Origin: Nostoc sp. DedSLP01
Lineage (GTDB): Bacteria; Cyanobacteriota; Cyanobacteriia; Cyanobacteriales; Nostocaceae
Reading direction: 5' to 3'
NCBI GenBank assembly: GCA_034530875.2
Contig: JAVRCJ020000004.1
Coordinates: 1 to 64,000, forward strand
DNA length: 64,000 bases
Below, in pieces: positions 10,183 to 20,696 of the stretch. Within the stretch, counting starts at the first letter, position 1, and every line of letters starts with the position of its first letter. Below the pieces are notes generated by a model. It was not told the origin of the DNA. It saw only the letters and a program-made list of their open reading frames with translations, and did no database searches. The position numbers and the translations under genes were made by a program.

Positions 10183-10704
10183 ATGGAAGAAAGCATAAAT
10201 GAAAACAGGAAACTTTGGTTAACCAGAGTTAAGCCACTAGAAAGGGAAAGCATCAGTCACTTTTTAGGTAGATTTCGGCGAGAGAAAGGAAATAAATTTT
10301 CTGCCCCTAGTGGATTGGGCGATGTCGCAGGGCTTGGGGTTGTGTTAGCGCGTTGGGAAAAGTTTTACTTCATTCCCTTCCCTGCTCATCAGGAGTTAGA
10401 AGCACTAGCATCTGTAGTACAAGTTGATGTAGATAGATTGCGACAGATGTTGCCACCTCCTGGTGTCAGCATGAAACATAGCCCAATTCGCTTGTGTGGA
10501 GCCTGCTATACTGAGTCACCCTGCCATAAAATCGAGTGGCAGTTTAAAAAGACCGTGGGATGCGATCGCCATCAGCTACGCTTGTTATCAAAATGCCCTG
10601 TCTGCGAAAAGCCATTTCCAGTCCCCGCCTTATGGGTAGATGGAATGTGCAATAGATGTTTTACGCCTTTTGCAGAGATGGCACAATATCAAAAGCATTA
10701 CTAA
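10183..10704 (+). CDS. tniQ: TniQ target-selection protein (short V-K type)
   Basis: ESISHFLGRFRR, RWEKF, RLCGAC..CH..W, C-x2-H..LLSKCPVC zinc-binding motifs. Confidence 0.95.
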   Translation: MEESINENRKLWLTRVKPLERESISHFLGRFRREKGNKFSAPSGLGDVAGLGVVLARWEKFYFIPFPAHQELEALASVVQVDVDRLRQMLPPPGVSMKHSPIRLCGACYTESPCHKIEWQFKKTVGCDRHQLRLLSKCPVCEKPFPVPALWVDGMCNRCFTPFAEMAQYQKHY

Positions 10705-11010
10705 ATAAAAACTTTGGCTTTACAATAATAAGTCAACTTATTTAAAATATTGCGATCGCACGGCTTAGTCCATTTCTACAACAGCACACTTCAACGCCCA
10801 AAGTAGTTAGAATGCGATCGCCTAATTCAAGCGTTGATGCAGCAGTGATGTCATATCCCTAAAATCTATGATTATCAAGCTTAAAAGCAGTAAATATACT
10901 GACTCATAATTAGCTTAGTTTCTCTTATGCTTGTAACAAACAATACCTGGCTATCAAAAGCTGTAGACATTTGTTACCAGAAAAATCTGCCACAAGGGAA
11001 ACACTTCAAC

Positions 11011-14000
11011 ATGGTTGTTCGGCTTGAGAATCTGACAAAAGGCACACAAGTACAAGGGATTTTGCCCAACAATATTGTTACTATCGTTGATGCTCAGTGG
11101 CATGGTTCTGATGTTGTTGAACTTACTTATAAAGATGCTAGTGGCACGCTAGGGCATGAGTTGGTATTTCGAGATAAAGAAACTACCCTGGAAATTATCA
11201 CTTCTGGTGGTGCTTGGAGTTTTACTGCTGATGGTGCTAACTTTCGTCTAGTATCAGAAGCCCACCGTATTCGCCTAGCTTATCTGTTTGACCCTTTACT
11301 AGCTGTTCACACCTCTCTAGTCGAACCGCTACCGCACCAAATTACTGCCGTTTACGGAGAAATGTTGACTCGTCAACCTCTGCGCTTTCTGTTAGCAGAT
11401 GACCCAGGTGCAGGTAAAACTATTATGGCTGGGTTGCTGATTCGAGAATTGCTCATCCGTGGGGATTTGCATCGTTGCCTTGTGGTTTGTCCTGGCAGTT
11501 TAGCTCCACAATGGCAAGATGAATTATCACAAAAGTTTCATTTGCGCTTTGAAATTCTCACTAATGACCGTATTGAATCAGCAGTCAGTGGAAATGCTTT
11601 CGCTGAAATACCATTACTGATTACACGATTAGATCAACTTAGTCGCAACCAAAATTTACAAGCGAAACTGTCGCAGACAGACTGGGATTTAGTTATTTGT
11701 GATGAAGCTCATAAAATGTCAGCTTCATTTTTTGGTGGAGAAATCCAAGAGACAAAGCGGTACAAACTGGGCAAGCTATTATCGAGTTTAACCAGGCACT
11801 TTTTGTTAATGTCAGCAACGCCGCATAACGGTAAAGAAGAAGACTTTCAGTTGTTTATGGCGTTGTTGGATGGTGATAGATTTGAAGGACGTTTCCGCGA
11901 TGGTGTCCACGTTGTAGATACTTCTGACTTGATGCGGCGTTTGGTTAAAGAAGATTTGCTCAAATTTGATGGCAAGCCATTATTTCCAGAACGTCAAGCC
12001 AGCACGATAGAATACGAACTCTCCGATTTAGAAGCGGTACTTTATAAGCGAGTTACTGAGTACGTCCGTGAGGAGTTCAATCGTGCTGATGCTTTAGAAA
12101 ATGAAGGACGCAAAGGTACGGTGGGCTTTGCTTTAACTATTTTGCAACGCCGACTTGCTTCATCCCCAGAAGCTATTTCTCAATCACTGCTACGCCGTCG
12201 AGAAAGGTTGCAAAAACGGTTGCGAGAAGAAGAATCGTTGAAGCGAGGAACTAATGCAACTATTGCATTTAAACAGGTTCTGGATTTAGAAGACATAGAA
12301 GATGATTTAGAAGATATTTCTGTTGAAGAACGAGAAGCAACAGAACAAGAAGTGGTTGATTTAGCTACAGCATCGCGGACGATCGCAGAATTGCAAACAG
12401 AAATTAAGCTTTTACAAGAATTAGAACAACTGGCTTTGCGTGTCCGACGTAGTGGTAAAGATAAAAAATGGGAAGAACTCTCGAATCTGCTACAAAACAA
12501 TGCCGAAATGTTTAATGCTGAGGGACATCGGCGCAAACTAGTGATTTTTACCGAACATCGGGACACATTAAATTATTTGACAGACAGGATTCGGACGCTA
12601 CTGGGACGTAATGAAGCCGTGGTAACGATTCATGGCGCAATGGGACGCGAAGAACGTCGTAAAGCACAGGACGCATTTACCCAAGATATTGAAGTGCAAG
12701 TCTTAATCGCCACTGATGCTGCGGGTGAGGGGATTAACTTGCAAAGGGCGCATCTCATGGTTAATTACGATTTACCTTGGAATCCTAACCGCCTCGAACA
12801 ACGCTTCGGCCGAATTCACCGGATTGGGCAAACAGAGGTTTGCCACTTATGGAATTTAGTTGCTAAAGACACCCGTGAAGGTGATGTGTATTTAGCATTG
12901 TTAAAAAAGGTGGAAGCAGAACGGGAAGCACTGGGGGGTAAAGTATTTGATGTGCTGGGGAAAGCGATCGCAGGCAAGGAACTGAGAGAATTGCTGATAG
13001 AAGCAATTCGTTATGGCGATCGACCAGAGGTACGAGACAAGCTCAACCAAGTTGTCAACGATAAACTTGACCAACAACGACTGCGGGAACTTCTAGAAGA
13101 ACAAGCTTTGGCACATGATGCAATGGATATTGCCAAAGTTCAAAAAATCCGAGAGGAAATGGAAAGGGCAGAGGCAAGGCGGTTGCAACCGCACTTTATA
13201 GCTTCATTCTTCCTAGAAGCATTTGTCCAGCTTGGTGGAACAGTACGTCAGCGAGAACCCCAACGCTATGAAATTACTCACGTTCCATCTGTCATCCGTA
13301 ACCGAGGGCGGCAAATTGGAGTAGGAGAGCCATTACTACAGCGTTACGAACGTATTTGCTTTGAAAAAGATTTGATTAGTATTCCTGGTAAACCTCTAGC
13401 AGCTTTTATCTGTTCCGGTCATCCTTTGTTAGATGTCACAATTGACCTGACTTTGGAACGACATCGAGATTTGTTGAAACAGGGTACTATTTTGGTGGAT
13501 GAGAATGATTCTAGCGAAGAAACCCGCGCCCTAATTTATCTAGAACATTCCATACAAGATGCACGAACCAATATCAATGGTGCTAGGCGTTTAGTCTCAC
13601 GGCGAATGCAATATGTAGAAATTAACCCAGAGGGAAATGCCTACAATGCCGGATACGCACCGTACCTCAATTACCGTCCACTGACGGATGAAGAAAAAGA
13701 TATTTTGGCAGCAGTGTTAGAAGAATCTTGGCTACGAGAAGATTTAGAAGCAAAAGCCAAGACTCACGCGATCGCTCACCTTGTTCCCCAGCATCTTCAA
13801 GAACTCAGGCAGCGCAAAGAAGAACTAATTGCTAAGACGATGACGGCAGTAAAAGATAGATTGACCAAGGAGATCAATTACTGGGATCATCGGGCAGAAG
13901 AATTGAAAATACAAGAAGAAGCTGGTAAACCCAATGCCAAAATTAACTCAGCTAAAGCACGTCAACGAGCAGATGATTTGCAAGGGCGGTTAATGCTGCG

Positions 14001-14538
14001 TTTAGAGGAATTGGAGCAAGAACGTAGATTATCACCATTACCGCCTTTAGTAGTTGGGGGTGCGTTAATAGTATCAATGAGTTTGCTGCAACGACTACAA
14101 GGTAAATCACAACCTGCAAAGGATATGTTTGCCAAGGATACAGAACGGGTAGAAAAGGCTGCAATGGCCGCTGTAATGGACGCAGAACGAACATTAGGTT
14201 ATGAACCAATAGATGTCAGTAACCAAAAGTGTGGTTACGATATTGAATCGCGCATTCCAGAAACAGGACAGTTGCGATTTATTGAAGTTAAAGGGCGAAT
14301 TACAGGGGCTAAAACTGTGACAGTAACGAAAAATGAAATTATTACGGCTCTAAACAAGCCAGACAATTTCATTTTGGCATTGGTACAAGTACCTTTAACA
14401 GCAGGATTGGATAGTAATGATTCTATTCGTTACTTACAGCGTCCGTTCCATAAAGAGCCAGATTTTGCAGTAACAAGTGTTAATTATGATTGGCTGGAGT
14501 TGTGGCAACAAGGAACTGAGCCAGTTTGGATTTTGTAA
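11011..14538 (+). CDS. SNF2-family helicase with C-terminal DUF3883 (PD-(D/E)xK) nuclease
   Basis: LLADDPGAGKT, DEAH, SATP, EQRFGRIHRIGQ; C-terminal GYDIES..FIEVKG; the ATG at 11011 is more likely the start than 10927. Confidence 0.9.
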   Translation: MVVRLENLTKGTQVQGILPNNIVTIVDAQWHGSDVVELTYKDASGTLGHELVFRDKETTLEIITSGGAWSFTADGANFRLVSEAHRIRLAYLFDPLLAVHTSLVEPLPHQITAVYGEMLTRQPLRFLLADDPGAGKTIMAGLLIRELLIRGDLHRCLVVCPGSLAPQWQDELSQKFHLRFEILTNDRIESAVSGNAFAEIPLLITRLDQLSRNQNLQAKLSQTDWDLVICDEAHKMSASFFGGEIQETKRYKLGKLLSSLTRHFLLMSATPHNGKEEDFQLFMALLDGDRFEGRFRDGVHVVDTSDLMRRLVKEDLLKFDGKPLFPERQASTIEYELSDLEAVLYKRVTEYVREEFNRADALENEGRKGTVGFALTILQRRLASSPEAISQSLLRRRERLQKRLREEESLKRGTNATIAFKQVLDLEDIEDDLEDISVEEREATEQEVVDLATASRTIAELQTEIKLLQELEQLALRVRRSGKDKKWEELSNLLQNNAEMFNAEGHRRKLVIFTEHRDTLNYLTDRIRTLLGRNEAVVTIHGAMGREERRKAQDAFTQDIEVQVLIATDAAGEGINLQRAHLMVNYDLPWNPNRLEQRFGRIHRIGQTEVCHLWNLVAKDTREGDVYLALLKKVEAEREALGGKVFDVLGKAIAGKELRELLIEAIRYGDRPEVRDKLNQVVNDKLDQQRLRELLEEQALAHDAMDIAKVQKIREEMERAEARRLQPHFIASFFLEAFVQLGGTVRQREPQRYEITHVPSVIRNRGRQIGVGEPLLQRYERICFEKDLISIPGKPLAAFICSGHPLLDVTIDLTLERHRDLLKQGTILVDENDSSEETRALIYLEHSIQDARTNINGARRLVSRRMQYVEINPEGNAYNAGYAPYLNYRPLTDEEKDILAAVLEESWLREDLEAKAKTHAIAHLVPQHLQELRQRKEELIAKTMTAVKDRLTKEINYWDHRAEELKIQEEAGKPNAKINSAKARQRADDLQGRLMLRLEELEQERRLSPLPPLVVGGALIVSMSLLQRLQGKSQPAKDMFAKDTERVEKAAMAAVMDAERTLGYEPIDVSNQKCGYDIESRIPETGQLRFIEVKGRITGAKTVTVTKNEIITALNKPDNFILALVQVPLTAGLDSNDSIRYLQRPFHKEPDFAVTSVNYDWLELWQQGTEPVWIL

Positions 14539-14609
14539 CTAAAGCTACAGCATTACTTTATTTTTAATAATCTGACATCTAACAATATTGAATTATCGAA
14601 AGGCATTAT

Positions 14610-17600
14610 ATGAGTTCTGGAATACTTAATGAAGTCATTGGTGGGAAATACGATATAAAAGCTCTACTGGGTGAGGGAGGTAGTGGAATTGTATATCTTG
14701 CCAAAAAGCTGAAAACAAATGAACGATATGCAATCAAGACAATTTCTACTGCCGACAAGAATGCTCTAAAACTTTTAGAAAGAGAAACTCAAACTCTAAA
14801 GCGTTTAAATCATCCAAGTATAGTTAAATTTATTGAAGATGGTTATGAAACATCACATAATCTTGTCTATTTGGTTTTGGAGTATTTAGAAGGAGAAAAT
14901 ATTAATAACTATTTTGATAATGGAGTTGATATAAAAACAAAAATAGATTTATTTTTACAAATTCTTGATGCTGTAAGCCATGCTCATGCTAAAGATGTAA
15001 TTCATAGGGATATTAAGCCAGATAATATTATGGTTGTAGAAAACAATGAACAACCATTAGCTAAAATTTTAGATTTTGGTATCTCCATTATTACAACTAC
15101 TATTCTAACTAATACTATAAGAAGCTATCACACACCGTTATTTGCTGCACCCGAACAAATTCTACTAAAAGGTGTATATAGAGATTCTGATATATACTCT
15201 TTAGCGATGACATTTTTATATTTATTATCTACTAATGAAGCTAAAATTGATTTTCGAGATGAGCAAAAAAAAGAAATACTTTATAATTCTGCTCTAGCAA
15301 ACTTGAATATTAATAGTAATCTAAGAGACTCACTAATAGAGGTATTAACAAGAGCAACAGATGAAATTCGGGATAAAAGACCTAAGATTGATGAAATTAG
15401 GGTAGCTCTTAGTAGAATCAAAGATGATATATCTGATAAGTTGACTGTTTTATTTAGCGTAACTCGTAAATTGAAAGATGAAGTATCTAATTCAAATAAA
15501 TATGATGGGCTGTCTTTAAAAGTTAAAAGGCATATAGAATCCAGATTAAAAAATAACTCTAGTTTTATTTATATTATCAAAAGCCGTAAACAAGAACAAC
15601 AAAATAAGTTAACGGTTGAAATTGGTGTAGAATCACAAACTTATACGTATTGGGGTTTTATAAATCTAGACACTCCTAACGAAATTGTCTTATATAAAGA
15701 GAATAACTTTGTTAATCCTCAACAGTCAGAAAGGCTATTTGAAAATGGTGTATTGGTAAAAGTCGATCCAATTGTAGAAGTAGAAGGTACTCCAAGAAGA
15801 AAGAATGACTTAAGTGATTTAGTAAACCAAATTTTACAGAAAGAACAACAAGTTAAAAATGAAATAGAAAGTAACAAAGGAGTAGATAATACATTTAGCC
15901 GATGGCAAAGTGTTATTGAAATAGAAGAAAAGATAATTAGTGAAAGGAAACAGAGTTTTGCTTATTCCAAAGTTGAATATGATAGAGATAATCAACGATT
16001 AATTGTCACTTTAAGCAATCCTATATCTCTAGATGAATTTGAGCAAATTACATCACCACCACTACCTGTAACTATCTCAGTCAAGAGACAATCACCTCCG
16101 TATCGTGAAAGTCAGTTTTCTGTAGGAGACATAATAGACGGAGATAAATCCAAAAATGGAGAAATGGTTGTAACATTACATATCAGCATCGGAGATTTTT
16201 GTAATCCTGATGTATTTGAATCTCTTTTAGAAAAAGGAAGAATAGAACGTGATTTTAAAGCACAGGAATCGGAAATAGGACGCAGAAGAAAAGCACTAAG
16301 GGCAATTAGATATGGTGATTCGGAAAATACTACTTTATGCAAAGTTATATCCGATCCAGCTAACTCATTACCTGTAGAACCCCTAGTTATCAATCAATTT
16401 TTTAATCAACAACTTGATAGCTCACAACAGCAATCTGTATGTAAAGCCTTAGCAACTGAGGATATATTTTTAATCCAAGGGCCTCCAGGAACTGGGAAAA
16501 CTTCAGTAATTACAGAAATAGTATTACAAATATTACGTAGATACCCAAATGATAAAATTTTGATTTCTTCTCAATCCAATATTGCTGTAGATAATGTCTT
16601 AACTAGGCTCTCTACTATCAAGCTTGATTCTATAGATATTAAGGTTTTAAGGATTGGTAGAGAAGAGAAGATTGAAGATGAAGCTAGACAATTTGAAATA
16701 GAAAGAGCAATTATTAATTGGCAGGAATCAATTAGAACAAAATCATTGGCTCATTGGCAACAATATGAAAACCAGAATCTAGAACTGCTTTTGGGTGTAA
16801 AGAAAATTGCAGATATTGAATCTTTGAAAACTCTGCTTGAGCAAGTTAAGCATTTAACAGAACAGATTACCGAAGCAATAAAAGGTTTTAATTCAGAGTT
16901 AGTTATCTCTTCCCTAAATACCTCTTCGCAACAGGCCGCTGATTTAGCTTGCGAGTTAATATATGAAAAGCTATTATTAGAAGAAAAAATCTTAGGAAGA
17001 ATTAAAGATTATGTAGAAAACTTTGGCATAGAGTATCCAGAGAAAAAGTTACTATCTTATTGGATAGATGAAGAGTATAGACGATTGCAGGCTGTTCTAG
17101 GCGATAATAATGAACACTACAAAAACTTTTTTAACTTAAGAAAGTTAAAGGAAGAATGGAATGAAAGGCTAAAACGAAAACAAATAGATTTAGTATCAAT
17201 ATTTTTAGATGGTGTCAATGTAGTTGGTGCTACCTGCTTAGGTATTGCTAATCTTAAAGATTTGAAATTTGATTGGGTGATTGTTGACGAGGCTGGTCGT
17301 TCTACTGCTCCAGAAACTTTTGTACCAATGGCGAGGGGTAAGAAAATAATATTGGTCGGCGACCACAAACAGTTACCACCAATCATTGATAGAGATTTAC
17401 AAAACCGGGTACTTAGTGAGAAAGATATTGAAAAACGCGCCCTGGAAGTCAGCCTTTTTGAATATCTATATGAAGAATTACCAAAGACAAAGAAAATCAC
17501 ACTCAACCATCAGTATAGGATGCACCCCGATATTGGGAATCTAGTTAGTACATTATTTTATGATAAGCAGGTTAAAAGTGAGCGTGTTGATCCAAATACC

Positions 17601-18167
17601 AAGCAACATCAGTTGAGTCAATTTAATAAAAGCGTCTACTGGATATCAACAAGCGATGTCAGCATCGAAAAATCAAAAGAAAGAAAAAGTGTAAATAGTT
17701 ACAGCAATAGTTATAATGCCAATCTCATCAAGGCTATTTTGAGTAACATTCAGCAGAATTGTCAGTCTAGCAATTTGCACAAAGAAGTTGGTGTCATAGC
17801 GGGCTATGCTTCACAAATAAGTACATTAGAAGCAACAGTTGCACCTCAAAATAAAAGTTTGTGGAAAAATATTCATATAGCCATGCACACAGTTGATGCC
17901 TTTCAAGGAAGAGAATGCGACATCATTATTTACGATCTAGTCAGAAGTAATCAACAAAAGCAACTTGGATTTACCTCCGATGACAGACGCTTGAATGTAG
18001 CTTTGTCTCGTGCTAAACAGTTATTAATTATAGTGGGCAATGATGTGATGGCTTATGAAGGTAGAAGTCCAAACAGGCTTCCTAACCCTTTCAAACCATT
18101 AATTGAATATATTGAGAGTAACCCAAGAGCTTGTGAAAGATTAGCATCTAGCCAATTTGTAATTTAA
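14610..18167 (+). CDS. Ser/Thr protein kinase fused to a Upf1/DNA2-like superfamily 1 helicase
   Basis: GEGGSGIVY, AIK, HRDIKPDN, DFG, APE; helicase motifs QGPPGTGKT, SNIAVDN, DEAG, VGDHKQLPP, QYRMHP, TVDAFQGRE, RLNVALSRAK. Confidence 0.92.
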   Translation: MSSGILNEVIGGKYDIKALLGEGGSGIVYLAKKLKTNERYAIKTISTADKNALKLLERETQTLKRLNHPSIVKFIEDGYETSHNLVYLVLEYLEGENINNYFDNGVDIKTKIDLFLQILDAVSHAHAKDVIHRDIKPDNIMVVENNEQPLAKILDFGISIITTTILTNTIRSYHTPLFAAPEQILLKGVYRDSDIYSLAMTFLYLLSTNEAKIDFRDEQKKEILYNSALANLNINSNLRDSLIEVLTRATDEIRDKRPKIDEIRVALSRIKDDISDKLTVLFSVTRKLKDEVSNSNKYDGLSLKVKRHIESRLKNNSSFIYIIKSRKQEQQNKLTVEIGVESQTYTYWGFINLDTPNEIVLYKENNFVNPQQSERLFENGVLVKVDPIVEVEGTPRRKNDLSDLVNQILQKEQQVKNEIESNKGVDNTFSRWQSVIEIEEKIISERKQSFAYSKVEYDRDNQRLIVTLSNPISLDEFEQITSPPLPVTISVKRQSPPYRESQFSVGDIIDGDKSKNGEMVVTLHISIGDFCNPDVFESLLEKGRIERDFKAQESEIGRRRKALRAIRYGDSENTTLCKVISDPANSLPVEPLVINQFFNQQLDSSQQQSVCKALATEDIFLIQGPPGTGKTSVITEIVLQILRRYPNDKILISSQSNIAVDNVLTRLSTIKLDSIDIKVLRIGREEKIEDEARQFEIERAIINWQESIRTKSLAHWQQYENQNLELLLGVKKIADIESLKTLLEQVKHLTEQITEAIKGFNSELVISSLNTSSQQAADLACELIYEKLLLEEKILGRIKDYVENFGIEYPEKKLLSYWIDEEYRRLQAVLGDNNEHYKNFFNLRKLKEEWNERLKRKQIDLVSIFLDGVNVVGATCLGIANLKDLKFDWVIVDEAGRSTAPETFVPMARGKKIILVGDHKQLPPIIDRDLQNRVLSEKDIEKRALEVSLFEYLYEELPKTKKITLNHQYRMHPDIGNLVSTLFYDKQVKSERVDPNTKQHQLSQFNKSVYWISTSDVSIEKSKERKSVNSYSNSYNANLIKAILSNIQQNCQSSNLHKEVGVIAGYASQISTLEATVAPQNKSLWKNIHIAMHTVDAFQGRECDIIIYDLVRSNQQKQLGFTSDDRRLNVALSRAKQLLIIVGNDVMAYEGRSPNRLPNPFKPLIEYIESNPRACERLASSQFVI

Positions 18168-18183
18168 TATATCTACCTACACA

Positions 18184-19620
18184 ATGTCTGATTTAACTAT
18201 CGATTTTCAAAACAAAATAAGAAAATATCACTCACTGCCTGAAGCTGTAGTGATTGATTACAAAAAAATTGGGTATCCTTTTTATATGGTTATACTTGAT
18301 TTGACGTACTTATCTAATAGAAATTTAGAACTTCAAGAAGAGTTTGTTATTAAATGTATTACAAACGGGTTATTAAGCCAAAATAAAATATCTAGTTTTC
18401 TGGGAGTAGATGACCATTTTGTTGAGAAAGTTTTATCGGGTTTAATCTCAAAAAACCTTGTTATAAAAGAAGAAAATTTCAAAGCAACCGAGATAGCACT
18501 AGATGCTCTTGAAAGACAGACTGTCTTAGATACAGTATCTGAGACAAAAACATTTTATATAGATGCTTTAAATGGCAAGCTATATGATTACTTTCAAGTC
18601 AAAAGAGTAGGCAATAATGATGCGTACTTATTAAAGGCAGAAGTTCCTAAACCAAGGAAAGGTAAAGTAGAGGATGTTATTGATTACTATGAAGAAATTG
18701 AAAAAGCTTTAGGGACATTAAGTCGGCAAAATCAAGTTGAACTAATACAAGTCAATAATATTGAAAAAGTTTATCCACAGTGGCATGAAGTTATGTTAGT
18801 TTTTTATAAAAATCATCCAGATGACACTGAAGTAGGATATGAAACTTTTTCAAGAGATTCTATTCAATTAGACTATAGAAAAACTATAGAACAACTATAT
18901 AATCAAGGGAAAAAGGTACTTAATGATATACTTTACCTTGATATAAGTAATAATGAAGAGAAAGCTGAAATAGAAAAATCAAATAATGAAGTTATTAAAG
19001 GTATTTTTAAAGATGATATTCAAGCCGTCGAACGACTCACTATAAAAATTAATGCTCTTAATGAAACTGATTCATTTACAGATAATCAAATTCATTCAAT
19101 TAATGAGCAAAGAAAAACCCTGAGTCAACAACTTAAGGAAATAAAAACTCAAAGTAAGATTTCGGAGATAATTCACACTTCAGAGCATCGTAACTATCTG
19201 TTCAAAGCTTTACAAGAAGCTAAAAATCGAATAATGATAATCTCTCCTTGGATACGCAGCAATGTGGTTGATATTAATTTTCTAGCGAAATTAGAAGATA
19301 CATTAATCAGGAAATGTCAAGTCTATATTTTGTATGGAATCAAGCAAAAAAGTGGTTGGGGTCAACAAAACGACCAATTTGCTATTAAACAATTAGAAGA
19401 TTTAGCTAGCAAATATAAAAATTTTCAGTTTGATAAAGTAAAAAATACTCACCGTAAGATTATTGTATGTGATGATAAGTTTGGCATAGTGACAAGCTTT
19501 AATTTTTTATCATTTAGAGCTGACCCCAGCCTAACTTATAGGGATGAATTAGGTGTTATTCTCAGAGACAAAGAAACTATTGACAGTCTGTTTCAAAGTG
19601 GGCTTTCACTGTTATCTTAG
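18184..19620 (+). CDS. Protein with N-terminal wHTH-like region and C-terminal PLD (HKD) nuclease-like domain
   Basis: ISPWI, HRKIIVCD (HxKxxxxD), TSFNFLS, ELG; SQNKISSFLGVDDHFVEKVLSGL resembles a wHTH; starts 16 bp after the kinase-helicase gene. Confidence 0.8.
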   Translation: MSDLTIDFQNKIRKYHSLPEAVVIDYKKIGYPFYMVILDLTYLSNRNLELQEEFVIKCITNGLLSQNKISSFLGVDDHFVEKVLSGLISKNLVIKEENFKATEIALDALERQTVLDTVSETKTFYIDALNGKLYDYFQVKRVGNNDAYLLKAEVPKPRKGKVEDVIDYYEEIEKALGTLSRQNQVELIQVNNIEKVYPQWHEVMLVFYKNHPDDTEVGYETFSRDSIQLDYRKTIEQLYNQGKKVLNDILYLDISNNEEKAEIEKSNNEVIKGIFKDDIQAVERLTIKINALNETDSFTDNQIHSINEQRKTLSQQLKEIKTQSKISEIIHTSEHRNYLFKALQEAKNRIMIISPWIRSNVVDINFLAKLEDTLIRKCQVYILYGIKQKSGWGQQNDQFAIKQLEDLASKYKNFQFDKVKNTHRKIIVCDDKFGIVTSFNFLSFRADPSLTYRDELGVILRDKETIDSLFQSGLSLLS

Positions 19621-19674
19621 AATGTCTGAGAATTTATACAACTGGTTTTGTATGCACTGAATTTAGCCAGTATA

Positions 19675-20334
19675 CTACTTTTCATCGCTAACTATATACA
19701 TAAACTTTTTTCCAAAGTTACTGATATATATGTTTTCAGAGTTCATATCATTGTGTCTTGGTTTTCCTTGTAGAGTATTTGCATAACATAACTCTCTAGC
19801 TACCAAGTTAAATAAACTATCAATTATCATGTCCTCTGTAACCTCTATTCCTCTTTGTTGAAGTGCTATTTTTAATTCAGTGTTGGTTAATCTATTAGCT
19901 TTCTGGCGGTAATCAGAGATAATTTCTAAAACATTTGCATCTACGCCATCTAATAATTTTAAAGTTTCTATATATATAGGATGAATTGAATTACCTAAAA
20001 TAGCTGATTCCAGTAAATTTATCCATTTTTCTCTGATTAGCTCATTTTTATGTCCGATATATACTCCCTCCAAAATTGGCTGGAGTATTTCAGGGTCAAT
20101 GTCTTGAACATCTTCTTCAATTTTTATACCTTTCGCTTTTAATCTTTCATAAATTTTCTCAACTGCACTACCTAAGTTTCTTAACTTTCTTTTTGATACG
20201 TTTCCAAGCTCCTCTATCTGTTCTCCAAACAATCCTTTCACTAAAAGTGTAATGCCTGCCTTAGTTACGTCATTTGTGAGTTCTGTAATTACGCTCAGTA
20301 TATCCATGCTTTTCTTTCTGCTTACTATACTCAA
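19675..20334 (-). CDS. Abi-alpha / DUF4393-like protein (start may be 20307)
   Basis: PEILQPILE..ELIREKWINLL..IHPIYIETLKLLDGVDA pattern plus C-terminal wHTH-like NLVARELC..ISNFGKKF. Confidence 0.65.
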   Translation of the reverse strand: MSIVSRKKSMDILSVITELTNDVTKAGITLLVKGLFGEQIEELGNVSKRKLRNLGSAVEKIYERLKAKGIKIEEDVQDIDPEILQPILEGVYIGHKNELIREKWINLLESAILGNSIHPIYIETLKLLDGVDANVLEIISDYRQKANRLTNTELKIALQQRGIEVTEDMIIDSLFNLVARELCYANTLQGKPRHNDMNSENIYISNFGKKFMYIVSDEK

Positions 20335-20696
20335 ATAGGATTTCTATGAGTTTAATTTAATACATCTGTTCTATTTACTCCACTTGACTGTGCCAGTTGC
20401 CTAAGTCCTGACTGATTATTTTGCGGTGCGATCGCAATTATCAACAGATTCGTCAGGTAAGGACATTCCCTAGATTTTCCAGCCCAAGAGAAATTACTGA
20501 GGTCATCAAATAGCTGTACAACTAAAATTACCAGATGAAGCTCTGTAATTTTAGTTAAGCTAGCAGCAATCAACAAAGACTAATTAGCCTCCCAATGCTT
20601 GATGCAAATATTCCGTAAGTCTACTGGCACGGAATATTTTGTGTTGCTTCTTGCTGAGACTTGCGGGCTTCAATATATACTAGCCTGGCAAAATGA

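Noticed and set aside
20352..20576. 74-aa minus-strand ORF between the Abi-alpha gene and the methylase
   Set aside because: Non-ATG start, no motif, probably promoter or intergenic sequence
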